Shown here in pieces: positions 39,562 through 50,162 of a stretch of DNA of 64,000 bases (positions are counted from its first letter, which is position 1; each line of letters begins with the position of its first letter). Both the position numbers and the translations under genes were made by a program. Below the pieces are notes generated by a model. It ran no database searches. It was not told the DNA's origin and saw nothing but the letters and a program-made list of their open reading frames with translations. Source of the stretch: an uncultured archaeon (lineage in GTDB: Archaea; Thermoproteota; Nitrososphaeria; Nitrososphaerales; Gagatemarchaeaceae); assembly GCA_963799775.1 (NCBI GenBank), contig CAWCYD010000003.1, forward strand, positions 1,376,001 to 1,440,000. Direction: 5' to 3'.

Positions 39562-40839
39562 TCAGAACGGCACCTTCACTATCGCCCCGCCGTCAGGGAG
39601 CGACGCCACGTACTCGTATCCCTGCCCTATGTAGGAACTGACCTCCTGCACCGGGATTACCTTCTGCCTGGAGCCGTTGCCCGTCATCATGCCGACCAGC
39701 CTCTGCCTCACAGTGTTCTGCAGCTCCTCGTCGGTCATCTCTTCGAGGTTCATCCTCTCGACCTCCTCCTTCTTGAATCCCGCGACAACGAGAAACTGCT
39801 CCCGCAGCGCCTTCTTGATCTGCTCCTGGCTCGAAGAATCGGCTTTGGTGCTAGAAAGAAGGGACTCGCATCTCTTGTAGGCAGCACGCATCTCCTCTAT
39901 CATGTCCGGCGGTAGTCTGCCCTTGTTGGTCGAATACCTTGCTTCGATATCGCCTTTGTGCCCCATGAAGAACTGGCGCCACGGATGGGAGATGGATCCC
40001 TTCGACTCTGCGATGTCGAAGGCCGTGCCGCAGTAGGATCTCAGCACGTACGGCCTCCAGGTGAACCCTGCCTCCTTCATAGCGAGCTTGACCTCCCACG
40101 AGAGCTTCGTCGTCCGCAGGAAAGCGAGCTTGCTCCCCTCCCTCACATGGGTGATTACGGGGGTTTCTGCGTCCAGCTTCTCCCCACTCCTCATCCTTGC
40201 CTCGAAGTATTCCTTGAGGTACTGGCATCCTTCCTCAGGCAGGAACGAGAAGTACTGGTGCCGGGCCTTGCTGAGCGTCTTCCTCACCATCACGATGGTA
40301 GGAACCTTGGTGAACTCCACGGTACGCTTCTTGATTTCGAGCTCACGCAAATCGCCGAGCCTCAAGCCGTCAGTGCCCAAGTAATTAGCGAGGCTCTCTG
40401 GTCTCAACCCCGAAAACGCCATGAACGCGGCAATCGTCCTCGCCCTCGGGTCGCAGTGCCTGAATATCTGGGCGAGCTGCTCCTTCGTCGGCACGACCTC
40501 GTCAACGTAATCCGAGGTGGGGAGCTTGATCTTCTTGGTTATCTCGAAGCCGTGGTGCCCCAGCCAAGACTTTATCGTCGTTAGGTTGTTCCTGGCCTGG
40601 GCGGGCTTCTCCCCCTTTGCAAGCGACCTGTCGACATAGTCCATGATGAAGTCGTCGAAGCCGTCAGGCGAGGCGCGCTTCTTCTCGATTATCTCCCTCG
40701 GGCCGAGCTCCGTCACAATGCAGAACCTACCCAACCGCCTGAGTCTCTCTTCCGCTGTGATGATGCTTCCCCTTGCGAGGTTGTCATACCATCTCTTGAC
40801 GTCCGGTTCATTCAGCAGGTGCTTGTGCCTCGGTTTCAT
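39562..40839 (-). CDS. tyrosine recombinase/site-specific integrase
   Basis: GLRPES (R), LSK (K), YVLRSY, FMGH and ARY (Y); starts 47 bp downstream of tRNA-Gly. Confidence 0.9.
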   Translation of the reverse strand: MKPRHKHLLNEPDVKRWYDNLARGSIITAEERLRRLGRFCIVTELGPREIIEKKRASPDGFDDFIMDYVDRSLAKGEKPAQARNNLTTIKSWLGHHGFEITKKIKLPTSDYVDEVVPTKEQLAQIFRHCDPRARTIAAFMAFSGLRPESLANYLGTDGLRLGDLRELEIKKRTVEFTKVPTIVMVRKTLSKARHQYFSFLPEEGCQYLKEYFEARMRSGEKLDAETPVITHVREGSKLAFLRTTKLSWEVKLAMKEAGFTWRPYVLRSYCGTAFDIAESKGSISHPWRQFFMGHKGDIEARYSTNKGRLPPDMIEEMRAAYKRCESLLSSTKADSSSQEQIKKALREQFLVVAGFKKEEVERMNLEEMTDEELQNTVRQRLVGMMTGNGSRQKVIPVQEVSSYIGQGYEYVASLPDGGAIVKVPF

Positions 40840-40885
40840 GCCCCAGCGAGGTAGGGCAACGAATGAATTTAAACTTAGTTAAAGG

Positions 40886-40977
40886 TGCGGTCGCCGGGAT
40901 TTGAACCCGGGCTACCAGCTTGGCAAGCCTACACGCCCATTGAGGCTTGATGTCCTACCAGGCTAGACAACGACCGC
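40886..40977 (-). tRNA. tRNA-Gly(GCC) with a ~19-nt intron in the anticodon stem (about 29/30)
   Basis: GCGGTCG TT GTCTAGCCTGGTAGGAC A TCA[AGCCTCAATGGGCGTGTAG]GC TT GCC AA GCTGG TAGC CCGGG TTCAAAT CCCGG CGACCGC A. Confidence 0.9.
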
Positions 40978-41022
40978 GCAGTCGCGCTTCATGAGTGAAC
41001 CCGATAAAAGCTTGACGAGTGG

Positions 41023-41437
41023 TCAGGCGACCTTTGTGCCCGGGGGCATCTCTTTGTCGGGGCGAAGAAGGGCCAGGTCGCTCTCGGTGAAAGACGCGAG
41101 CATCATGCATTCGGAGACGACGCCCGCGATGGGCTTGGGCTCGAGGTTCATCACGGCGACCACCTGCTTTCCTACAAGCTGCTCCTTCGTGTAGTAGGCC
41201 TTGATCCCTCCCGCGCACTGCTTGATTCCCTCGGGACCGAAATCGATTGTGAGCTTGTAGATGGGCTTCCTCGCCGTGGGTATGTCCTCGACCGTCAATA
41301 TCTTTCCAACCCTGAATTCGAGCTGGGCGAAACCCTGGAACGGGGACCTTTGGTGCCTTTGGAGGCCCTGCTACTGGAGTCTCGGCCGGTTGTGCTCCCG
41401 GCGCTGGAGTTGGGGCCGGTGCGGGTGCATTGGACAT
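41023..41437 (-). CDS. tRNA-binding OB-fold protein (CsaA/Trbp111-like), frameshift near 41340
   Basis: FAQLEFRVGKI...LVGKQVVAVMNLEPK...SECMMLA...PGTKV. Confidence 0.85.
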
Positions 41438-41555
41438 GCAAAGACCCTTTTGCCGTTCTGCAAATAAAGCATTGGGCCCCCCTCAGATTGCATGACGCTT
41501 TCCTAACAAACCCTCGCTAGTCATATATTCACCAGGGAAACGACGTTTGAAAGGA

Positions 41556-41726
41556 ATGCCTGGAAAGAAGCATCTTCGCGGCGTAGGTCCCAAGGAGCAG
41601 AGGGAGTACGAGCACATCAAGGAGAGCGCGGAAAAGTCGGGCCGCTATGGCTCAAGGGCGGCGGAGGTCGCTGCTCGGACAGTGATGAAGCAGCACAAGC
41701 AAAAGGGCCACGCGACCGGCAAGTAG
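41556..41726 (+). CDS. small basic protein (EYEHIKES...AARTV family)
   Basis: Manual translation MPGKKHLRGVGPKEQREYEHIKESAEKSGRYGSRAAEVAARTVMKQ. Confidence 0.65.
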   Translation: MPGKKHLRGVGPKEQREYEHIKESAEKSGRYGSRAAEVAARTVMKQHKQKGHATGK

Positions 41727-41773
41727 CCGCTCAAATCAGATAACGAGCGCGGTCCGACCCATCGGATTTTCTT

Positions 41774-42838
41774 TTAGGCTATCCCGATGGAGGTGAGGTC
41801 AGGCTTCTCGCCCCTTAGGGCCGGAATGACCCGGCGGCCATAGAAGTCGATCGCTCGCGACTGGTCCTCTACCGGGGCGTGGACCACGACGTGCGTGGCC
41901 CCCAGGCGCCCCAGCTCCTTGATGGCGTCGGCGTGGTCTCTTGGGTCTGAGCTCACCGTCCACGTCCTAAGAACCTCTTCGAGCTTGACCTCCTTCTCCG
42001 CGCGCCGCTGGATAGAGGCCGGGCTCACGTTGTCGTGGTATCCCTTCTCCCAGGCCTTCGGGATGAAGCGCCACTTTTGAGCGGCCTTCTTCGCTTCATC
42101 CGTCTCGCCGGGGATGGCCCAGTGCTCGACGACTATTGGCATCGAGGAGGCGTCCTTCCCTTCCGCACGCGCTCCTTCCTCGAAGGCGGCCTTGAGCTTC
42201 GGCTCCCTCAGGCTCTCCGCCCCCGTTATCATCCCGTCTCCGTATAGGCCTGCCAGACGCGCGGACTTTGGTCCGCCCGCTGCGATGTAGAGGGGAATCG
42301 GAGCAGGAGGAGGGTCGTAGAGCTTCCCCTCGACGCTCCAATGCTCGCTGTCTATCTTGACGTCGTCGCCCGTCCATAGGGCGCGGATTATCTTGACAGC
42401 CTCCACGAGGCGCGATGCGCGTTCCTCGTAAGGTGCCCAGCCACCTCCGGCGGCCCCTTCGTTGAGCTTCTCGCCTGTGCCTACCCCTAGGAAGAGCCGA
42501 CCCGGGGCCAGAGATGCGAGGCTGGCCCAGACCTGGGCGACGACCGCCGGTCGATAGCGAAACGTCGGGCAGGTCACTCCGGTGCCCATCATCACCGCTG
42601 AGGTTCTCTGCGTCAGGGCTGCGAGCGTAGGCCATGCGGCTGCGGCATGACTCTCGTTGGGCTGCCAGGGCTGGAAGTGGTCGCTGGTCCAGACGCCGTC
42701 GAACCCGGCGCCCTCAGCTTCGACGCCGAACTGGACGAGCGAGGGAGGCGGGAACTGTTCGCATGCGAGGACGTAGTAGACTTTGGGGATGCCCATGTTC
42801 GACCGAGAGCGCTTCCCAGCCTTCGACTTCATCTGCAT
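41774..42838 (-). CDS. F420-dependent LLM-class oxidoreductase (G6PDH family)
   Basis: EQF, SDHFQPW, GTGVTCP and GVGTGEKLNE motifs. Confidence 0.9.
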   Translation of the reverse strand: MQMKSKAGKRSRSNMGIPKVYYVLACEQFPPPSLVQFGVEAEGAGFDGVWTSDHFQPWQPNESHAAAAWPTLAALTQRTSAVMMGTGVTCPTFRYRPAVVAQVWASLASLAPGRLFLGVGTGEKLNEGAAGGGWAPYEERASRLVEAVKIIRALWTGDDVKIDSEHWSVEGKLYDPPPAPIPLYIAAGGPKSARLAGLYGDGMITGAESLREPKLKAAFEEGARAEGKDASSMPIVVEHWAIPGETDEAKKAAQKWRFIPKAWEKGYHDNVSPASIQRRAEKEVKLEEVLRTWTVSSDPRDHADAIKELGRLGATHVVVHAPVEDQSRAIDFYGRRVIPALRGEKPDLTSIGIA

Positions 42839-42928
42839 CCGCTCATCTGGGAGACTCCGCTCTTAAGAACGCGTGGTCAGATTCATCTGAATCAAATCTG
42901 CTGAGTAGGCCCTGGAGTTCCCGCGGAG

Positions 42929-45199
42929 TCACAGACCTAGTCGCAGAAGCTTGTCGGGCGTTATCGGAAGCTCCCTGACCCTGATCCCTGTCGCGTTGTA
43001 GACGGCGTTCGCGATCGCCGCGGCGGCCCCCGTGATCCCGATCTCGCCAATCCCCCTTGCTCCCAGGGAGTTGAAGCGCGTGTCAGGCTTGTCGAGGAAC
43101 TTCACCTCGATGTGGGGCACGTCGCCGTTCACCGGGACCAGGTAGTCGGCGAGGTTCGAGTTCACCACCCTGCCGTGATGGGGGTCGTAGTGCGTTTCTT
43201 CCGTCAGCGCCATCCCAATGCCCCAGACGATGCCTCCGATGAACTGGCTCCGGCCGGTGATCGGGTTAAGGACCTTGCCCGTGTCGAAGACGCCGAGGAA
43301 ACGCGAGACCCTGACCTCCCCAAGGTCTTTGTCGACCCTCACTTCCGCGAATTGCGCCCCGAACGAGTGGAAAGAGAACTTGTCCTCCTCCTCGCCCGGG
43401 CTGGACCTCGCCTCCCCTTGGACGGAGGGGAGGTTGTGCCGCAACATGACGTGCGAGAGGGACCCCTGGCGACCTTGAGCCCTTTGCTACGAGGCTGCCG
43501 TCCTTCATTCGGATGTCTCCGAGCGGGACTCCGCGCATCTCCGCCGACTTGCCCGTCCTCGAGAGCTTCGCCAGCTTGTGGATGGCGTCTTGACAGGCCT
43601 CCTTCACAGCGGGCATGACGCTCGCGGTCGTGGTCGACCCTGCGGACCTTGGGGCGGGCGGGAGGTCGGAGTCGCCAAGCCCTACTCTCACTTTCCCGAT
43701 TGGCACACCTAGAGTCTCAGCCGCGACCTGGGCGGCGATGGTGTACGTCCCGGTGCCCAGGCCCTGGGACGCCGTAGAGACCACAACGCTACCGTCGGGG
43801 AAGACGGAGACCCGGGCGGAGGCCGAGAAGCGACCTGCGTGATAGACCGCGGTGGCCATCCCCATCCCGACGAGGCTGTTGCCATCCTGCACGGAGCGCG
43901 GCGTGGCTTTCCTCTCGCGCCAGCGGAAGGCCTTCGCCCCTATCTCGTAGCATTCGTCGAGGTGTTTTCCCGACCAGGGCTTCCTCTTCTGAGGGCTCCC
44001 CTCCGGGCGTAATTGACCATCCTGAGCTCTATGGGGTCCATCTCGAGCTCGCATGCCAGCTCGTCCATCGCAGACTCGAGCGCGAGGGTCCCGCTCGCCT
44101 CGCCTGGACCCCTCATGTAGGTCGGGGGGGCGATGTGGACGGGTACTGCCTTGTGCGAGATCCACATGTTGGGGGAAGCGTAGAGCATCGCGGTGACTGC
44201 CCCGGCGGGTTCGAAGAACTCCCCCACGAAGGTGGTCTGGCTTACGACGTCGTGCCCGGTCGCGACCAGTCTTCCGTCCTTCCTCGCGAGGAGCGAGAGC
44301 CTCTGCAGCGTGGATGCCCTGTGGCCCGTGGAGGAGAACAGGTACACTTCCGGCTGAGCATCAGCTTCACAGGCCTGCCGACGACCTTGGACGCCATCGC
44401 GGCGAGTATCGGATGGTGCCCCAAGCTGCCCTTGGAGCCGAAGCCGCCGCCGATGTAGTGCGAGACGACCCTGACGTTCTCCTTACCTATCCCGAAGACC
44501 TGGGAGAGGGTGTCCCTCGCGCTGACGACGGCCTGAGAGGAGTCGTAGACCGTGAGGTTCCTTCCCTGCCATGTGGCGGTCGACGCCGAGGTCTCCATGG
44601 GGTTGTGGTGCTCCACCGGGATGACGTAGGTTCATCTCGATGGAGACAGTGTCGGGCGACTTTGAGCCGAAGGCCTTTGCGCCCTTGCCTCTGGTTGTCT
44701 GCATCGGGACGTCAGTGTGGTTGTGACGGAGAGGAGACGAGGCTCTGAGGATGTCCTCGACCATGTCGAGAGACGGCTCCTTCTCCTCGTACTCTACTCG
44801 AAGGAGCGAGGCGGCGTAGGCTGCCTGCTCGAGCGTCTCCGCCACCACGACAGCGACGTGCTGACCCGCGTACTGGATGACGTTGTCCTGGAGAGGGAGC
44901 TTGGTCTCTATCGTGAGCGCGTAGGGGCTCTTCTCAGGGTTGTGCAGGCGAGGGCGGTTCTCGTGCGTGATTATCGAGAGGACGCCGTCCGCTCTGCCGG
45001 CCTCATCCTGGTCGATCTTCTTGATCTTTCCGTTGGCTATCGTGCTCTGCACGACGCACGCGTAGGCCACGTTCTCCAGGTCGATCTCCGCGGAGTAGTG
45101 CGCCCTGCCGGTGACCTTGGCTGGGCCGTCGATGCGCGGGATGGGCGCGCCTACAGGAGATCTGGCTTCGCCACGCCGCTCGACAAGGACTGTGCCCAC
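42929..45199 (-). CDS. xanthine dehydrogenase family molybdopterin-binding subunit (PaoC/YagR-like), several frameshifts
   Basis: RIDGPAKVTG, HNPME, GGGFGSK, MRGPG, GLGTG and GIGEIG spread over five ORFs. Confidence 0.85.
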
Positions 45200-45204
45200 G
45201 GCTT

Positions 45205-46218
45205 TCAGCTCCCCGACCCCGTCTTGCCACCCTGCGACGACGTGACGAGCAAGGCCCGCACCATGGCCCTCTTGCAAAGTTCGACCTTGAAGCCGTTGTC
45301 TTCATGGGGCCGGGCGTCCCTGAGAGCTATCTCTGCGGCGCCCCGAAACTGCGGCTCGGTAGCAGGCCCTCCGATGAGCGACTCTTCCGCCTCTCTTGCT
45401 CTCCAAGGGACGGTCCCGACGCCCCCGAGCGCGATCTTCGCCGCCCGGATGACCCCTTCGCGCACGTCCAGAGCCGATGCCACCGAGACGAGAGCGAAGT
45501 CGAACGAGGCTCTGTCCCTCACCTTGAGGTAGTGGGAGCTCGGAGGTGAGGGCGCCCTCATCTCTACCCCCGTGATGAGTTCGGATGGGAGAAGAGCGTT
45601 CTCGATGTGCGGGGTCTGGCCCGGAAGCTTGTAGAAGTCACCTATGGGGATGGACCGCTCCGCCCCGTCGACCGTCCTCGTCAACACGGTCGCGTCGAGG
45701 GCGGCCAGTGCGACGCAAAGGTCAGAAGGATGGGTCGCGATGCAGCTCTCGCTCGTCCCCAGGACCGCGTGGGCCCTGTTGAGACTCCCCATCGCGGAGC
45801 AACCCGAACCGGGAGACCGCTTGTTGCAGGCGAAGGAGGTGTCCCGGAAGTAGTAGCAGCGCGTGCGCTGGAGGAGGTTCCCGCCGATCGTGGCCATGTT
45901 CCTAAGCTGGTGCGAGGCGCCGGACTTGAGCGCCTGCGAGACGAGGGGGTAGCGTTCCTTGACCAGGGAGTCCTCGGCCACCACGCTGTTTCGCGCCATC
46001 GCCCCTATCCTCAGGCCCGAGTCCTGCCCGGGGATCGGCTCTATGCGATCCAGGGCGAGACGGCTGATGTCGATGAGGAGGGCAGGTTCCTCCACTCCGA
46101 GCTTCATCAGGTCGATCATCGACGTCCCTCCGGCGACGAAAGAGGCCCCAGCCTGGGTGTGGGCCGCATCCAGGGCCTGCTCTTCGCTCTCTGCACGGAG
46201 GTAGCGGAAGGGTTTCAT
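45205..46218 (-). CDS. xanthine dehydrogenase family FAD-binding subunit (PaoB/YagS-like)
   Basis: AGGT, RNMATIGGNLLQRTRCYYFRD, CNKR and CIATHPSD motifs. Confidence 0.9.
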   Translation of the reverse strand: MKPFRYLRAESEEQALDAAHTQAGASFVAGGTSMIDLMKLGVEEPALLIDISRLALDRIEPIPGQDSGLRIGAMARNSVVAEDSLVKERYPLVSQALKSGASHQLRNMATIGGNLLQRTRCYYFRDTSFACNKRSPGSGCSAMGSLNRAHAVLGTSESCIATHPSDLCVALAALDATVLTRTVDGAERSIPIGDFYKLPGQTPHIENALLPSELITGVEMRAPSPPSSHYLKVRDRASFDFALVSVASALDVREGVIRAAKIALGGVGTVPWRAREAEESLIGGPATEPQFRGAAEIALRDARPHEDNGFKVELCKRAMVRALLVTSSQGGKTGSGS

Positions 46219-46766
46219 CGGCCCCGAGACCTCCGCTTATCCGAGTCTTCGCGTACCTCCGCGACGTCCATTATTGCGTCCACTATGTTCGGGTAGGCGC
46301 CGCAGCGACAGATGTTCCCGCTCATCATCTCCCTCACTTGGGCCTCCGTCACTCCCTTGCGCTCCCAAAGGAGCCCCACGGCGGACATTATCTGCCCTGG
46401 CGTGCAGTAGCCGCACTGGAACGCGTCATGCTCGATGAACGCCTCCTGCATTCGGCTGAGCGTGCCTCCCTTCTCTAGGCCCTCTATCGTCGTGATCGAC
46501 CTTCCCTCGCACATCACGGCGAGCATCATGCATGAATCGACCGGGATGCCGTCGACCAGTACCGTGCAGGAGCCGCATTGTCCGTGGTCACAACCTTTCT
46601 TCGTCCCCGTCAGCTTCAGCTTCTCGCGGAGGGCGTCCAGGAGCGTCAGCCTCTCGTCAATGAGCATGTCATGGACGGTCGCGTTCACGTTCAGCTTCAG
46701 AGGAACACCCTTGTGGTGCGCGTCGCCGGCCTGCTTCCTGCTCAACGCGGGTCTATCGGGAGCCAT
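46215..46766 (-). CDS. xanthine dehydrogenase family 2Fe-2S subunit (PaoA/YagT-like)
   Basis: GCDHGQCGSC, QCGYCTPG and NICRCGAY motifs. Confidence 0.9.
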   Translation of the reverse strand: MAPDRPALSRKQAGDAHHKGVPLKLNVNATVHDMLIDERLTLLDALREKLKLTGTKKGCDHGQCGSCTVLVDGIPVDSCMMLAVMCEGRSITTIEGLEKGGTLSRMQEAFIEHDAFQCGYCTPGQIMSAVGLLWERKGVTEAQVREMMSGNICRCGAYPNIVDAIMDVAEVREDSDKRRSRGR

Positions 46767-46986
46767 CGATAAAAAACTGCCAGCGTCGTTACTATTAGTG
46801 GGCTCATAGCCTACCGCGTGGATTCCTAAGAAGCGGTCTCGCCTCGGAGTCCTACAGGCCCTTGCACGCAGTGATACGTGAACTGCGCGATGCGGGGGGA
46901 CCGCCAGAAAGTGACGTCACGACAGCATCGCCGTACATGTGGGATCAGACCGGAATGCGACCACCCTTTGGTGGCCGCGCGTCTCG

Positions 46987-47154
46987 CTAGAGCGATTCGC
47001 CGAATAGCAACGCCAGGAGGAAGAGGGCCACGAAGACGACGATGAGTATCTCCGCGATCTCCATGGAAAGTCCGGCGAGTCCTCTCGCGCCGAAGATGTA
47101 TGCCACGAAGGCGATTATCAAGAACAGGACTGCGAGCCCGATTAGGTCGACCAT
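46987..47154 (-). CDS. DUF1328 family small membrane protein
   Basis: MVDLIGLAVLFLIIAFVAYIFGARGLAGLSMEIAEIL (manual translation). Confidence 0.75.
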   Translation of the reverse strand: MVDLIGLAVLFLIIAFVAYIFGARGLAGLSMEIAEILIVVFVALFLLALLFGESL

Positions 47155-47279
47155 TCTGTTTTCACCACGTTACACAGGCTTCTACCTTTATCTTGAGATA
47201 CGCAGGCGTCTCCATAAGATAGTTAGCAAAGAAAACCACCGGATTGGTGGTCCCAAGTTGGCCCCCGACCACCTAAATA

Positions 47280-47992
47280 ATGAGGTCGGCTTTTGACACC
47301 GCGCGCAGCAGGTTGGAAGAGGGAGAAGAAAGCAGGAGCGCTTCAGGTCCGCCGCCTCGCATCAAGCTAAGGATAGAATCGCTCTCGGACCTTGTCTTCG
47401 GGCTCGCCCTCTCGATTGGGGCGCTCATCCTCGCGGGGAGCTTGCCGTCGAATGGGAGCGTCCTGGCAATCAGGGTCATCGAGTTCGGGTTCGGCTTTCT
47501 CATAGTGATTATGACGTGGCTCGGATATTCGAGGATCATGGCCGTCCTTCCTGTCGAGGTGCCTTTTGCACTGGTTGCGAACATCCTACTCCTCTTTCTG
47601 GTCGTTCTCGAGCCATACCTTCTCTACGTGCTTTTTTCGGCGCAGACCGACGCTCTGGCAAGCACGTTCTCTATCGCATATGGCCTCGACGTCGGCGGGT
47701 TGTTCTTCATGCAGGCCCTGCTGGCGTATCTGGTGCTCAAAGAGGCCGGGTCGGGCGAGCATGGGCAGGCCAGCCTGCATCCCGTGGTGCTGAAGAGGTT
47801 CAAGAGGATAGCGAGGGCCGACGCGGTGATAGCGATCGTCTTCGTCGTCTCCACGCTCCCGATTTTTTGGATCGACACGCCGATAGATACCTCCGATTCT
47901 AGATGTGGTACTCTTCCTTCATCATCTTGTTCGCCGCTATACCGGTTCGAAGGCGTGACGAGGGAGCAGCGCCTAGAGCGCCAAAGCAATGA
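47280..47992 (+). CDS. TMEM175/DUF1211-like membrane protein (3' end disrupted)
   Basis: RIESLSDLVFGLAL motif followed by several TM helices. Confidence 0.7.
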
Positions 47993-48043
47993 CATCGGCT
48001 ACACAATTTCCATATACCGTATATGGCCTACATCACGGGGTCG

Positions 48044-48589
48044 ATGGGTTTGCGGGGCCGCTTGCACGCTGGAGACGACGTCCCGAACGAGGTCAACGTC
48101 GTGATAGAGATTCCAAGGGGGAGCGACGTAAAGTACGAGATGGACGAGAAGACGGGGTTCGTGTTCGTCGACAGGTTCCTCTACACCTCGACGCACTATC
48201 CGTTCAACTACGGGTTCATCCCGCGGACCCTGAGCCAGGACGGGGCACCGCTCGACGTCCTCGTGATAACCGAGGGCCCCGTCTACCCGATGTCCGTCAT
48301 CCGCTCGAGGCCGATCGGGGTGTTGCTCATGGAGGACGAGGGCGGACCGGACGCGAAGCTGGTCGCTGTCCCGGCGAAGCACATCGACCCGACATACTCT
48401 GACGTCGAGCACATCATGCAGATACCCGCGTTCACGCGGAAGCAGATCGAGCACTTCTTCAGCCACTACAAGGAAGGCGAGCCAGACAAGTTCGTCAAGG
48501 TGGACAAGTGGGAGGACCAGAAGGCGGCGAAGGCCCTGATCAGGGCGGCGGTGAAGCGGGCCGAACGAGCGGAGTCGAGAAGGCGCTAG
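48044..48589 (+). CDS. ppa: inorganic pyrophosphatase (family I)
   Basis: IEIP, KYEMD, YPFNYGFIP, DGAPLDV, DAKL and HFFSHYK motifs. Confidence 0.92.
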   Translation: MGLRGRLHAGDDVPNEVNVVIEIPRGSDVKYEMDEKTGFVFVDRFLYTSTHYPFNYGFIPRTLSQDGAPLDVLVITEGPVYPMSVIRSRPIGVLLMEDEGGPDAKLVAVPAKHIDPTYSDVEHIMQIPAFTRKQIEHFFSHYKEGEPDKFVKVDKWEDQKAAKALIRAAVKRAERAESRRR

Positions 48590-48630
48590 ACCCGTGACTT
48601 ATTTAGCCCCCAAATTTTAGACGCCCCTGC

Positions 48631-48720
48631 GGGCCGGTCGTCTAGTTTGGTAGGATAGCCCCTTGGCAAAGAAATCCAAACTGGGGCAGGTCGGGGGTCC
48701 GAGTCCCCCCCGGTCCACCA
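48631..48720 (+). tRNA. tRNA-Ala(GGC) with a 13-nt intron at 37/38
   Basis: G3:U70 acceptor pair; GCCCC TT GGC A[AAGAAATCCAAAC]T GGGGC; encoded CCA; atypical T-loop TCCGAGT. Confidence 0.85.
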
Positions 48721-48786
48721 CTTTTCGTTAACTATCGAGTTTTAATTCGTCAGGATGCTCTTATGTGAAGCGCTAAGGAAACGCCG

Positions 48787-49152
48787 ATGATCAACTGGGC
48801 CTACGTCGCGGGCTTCTTTGATGGTGAAGGCAGTTTGCACATGGACCGATACGAGTCGACAGTCCAACTTCGAATCGATAATACCTTCCGGAGAGCGATT
48901 GTAGAAATAAAGTCGTTCGTCAAGTGCGGAACCATCTCTAACCGGGGAAGAGCGAAGCCCTATCACAAAGATCGCATTAGATTGACAGTGTCAAATCACT
49001 CGGATGTCCTAAGGATTCTCGAAGGAATGCTCCCATACCTGATTGTTAAGAGGGAACGGGCGGAGGCCATGATTGGATACATCAGGGGAAGGAAATGGAG
49101 AACCTTTCCGACGGAGATGACATCAATCATAACCCCGGTCCACATCAAATAA
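48787..49152 (+). CDS. single-motif LAGLIDADG homing endonuclease-like protein
   Basis: WAYVAGFFDGEGSL, GTI and LPYLIVKRERA motifs. Confidence 0.85.
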   Translation: MINWAYVAGFFDGEGSLHMDRYESTVQLRIDNTFRRAIVEIKSFVKCGTISNRGRAKPYHKDRIRLTVSNHSDVLRILEGMLPYLIVKRERAEAMIGYIRGRKWRTFPTEMTSIITPVHIK

Positions 49153-49304
49153 GCTTATTTTCACCTCTATTTGGCAATCAAAGCTTGAAATATGGCGCCA
49201 TGACCACCGCCAGCGCAGCGCGAGCCCAAGAAAAATCAGGAGGAAAGACACGATCAGAAGGCCGTTGTCAGGCGGCCTGGACGCTTCGTGCTATGGCGCC
49301 GTGC

Positions 49305-49595
49305 TTAACCGAGGAGGCTTGGCAAGACCTTGTCTGAGCTCTTGCTGCCGTCCAGCGAGACTATCCCGCTTATCTCGTCGTAGACTCTCAGGAAATGAAG
49401 GCCCTGCTCGGTGAGCTTGTATTGTGCGCTTTCTGCTTCGAAGCTGATCAGTTTCCTTTCCGTCAGGAACTGGATGTATTCCTGGACCTGGGCATATGAG
49501 AGAAACGCGCTGTACATCAACCTCGTCTTCGACGCGCCATTCATCGCCGCTTGCAGAATCATTGAGATTATGTCGGTCCTGCTTCTGTACTTCAT
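49305..49595 (-). CDS. winged-HTH regulator (HTH_45)
   Basis: MKYRSRTDII...KTRLMYSAFLSYAQ...YKLTEQG. Confidence 0.85.
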   Translation of the reverse strand: MKYRSRTDIISMILQAAMNGASKTRLMYSAFLSYAQVQEYIQFLTERKLISFEAESAQYKLTEQGLHFLRVYDEISGIVSLDGSKSSDKVLPSLLG

Positions 49596-49692
49596 GCAGC
49601 CATGTTATGCTATCGTTCTCTATATTAAGTCTGTGGAACAATCTTCAGGCACCGTCTCATGAGTCGTTGGTCCGAGTCCATCGACTTTGAAG

Positions 49693-49968
49693 CTAACCTA
49701 CTTCGACGAGTTCCTTGACTCTCTTCACCTTGGCCACAGCGTATGACCAAAGCACCCCGTTTTCCTTCATTCCCTTCATGTCGATGAGCTTGTCCGACCT
49801 GAAGGTCACCCTCCTGCCCCCTTCATCGCGAAGTGCCACTTCGTATCCCCGCAAGATATTGCTGAACGTCTCCCACGCCTTCACATCGGCGGCGTATTCG
49901 TACCCCTCTAGTTCCTCTTCTACGAATGGAGAGCCTTCGCGATCGGGATACACATTATCCTGTGACAA
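49693..49968 (-). CDS. hypothetical protein
   Basis: 91-aa ORF with plausible composition. Confidence 0.4.
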   Translation of the reverse strand: MSQDNVYPDREGSPFVEEELEGYEYAADVKAWETFSNILRGYEVALRDEGGRRVTFRSDKLIDMKGMKENGVLWSYAVAKVKRVKELVEVG

Positions 49969-50162
49969 GAGGGATACAGCCTTGTTGGTTCGATGCGCTC
50001 TATAAAACAGATTTCGACAATGTTATGTTCTCTTTCTTGAGTCTCTCCTGGCAACATTCAGGCTTATCCGGCCGCCACGGCGGGCGCGAAAATCAAGGAC
50101 CCGCCCGATTTTATTCACGCTCACCTAGGTTCCTCAGAGAATGAGGTTGAGAATCTTAGGCT

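Larger units (their letters stand above)
8401..40885. mobile_element. composite genomic island at the tRNA-Gly(GCC) 3' end (tandem integrated elements)
   Basis: The tRNA 3' end TGCGGTCGCCG(G) is directly repeated at 8401-8411, 23607-23619 and 24526-24538; integrases at both ends; cargo visibly more AT-rich than the flanks. Confidence 0.75.
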
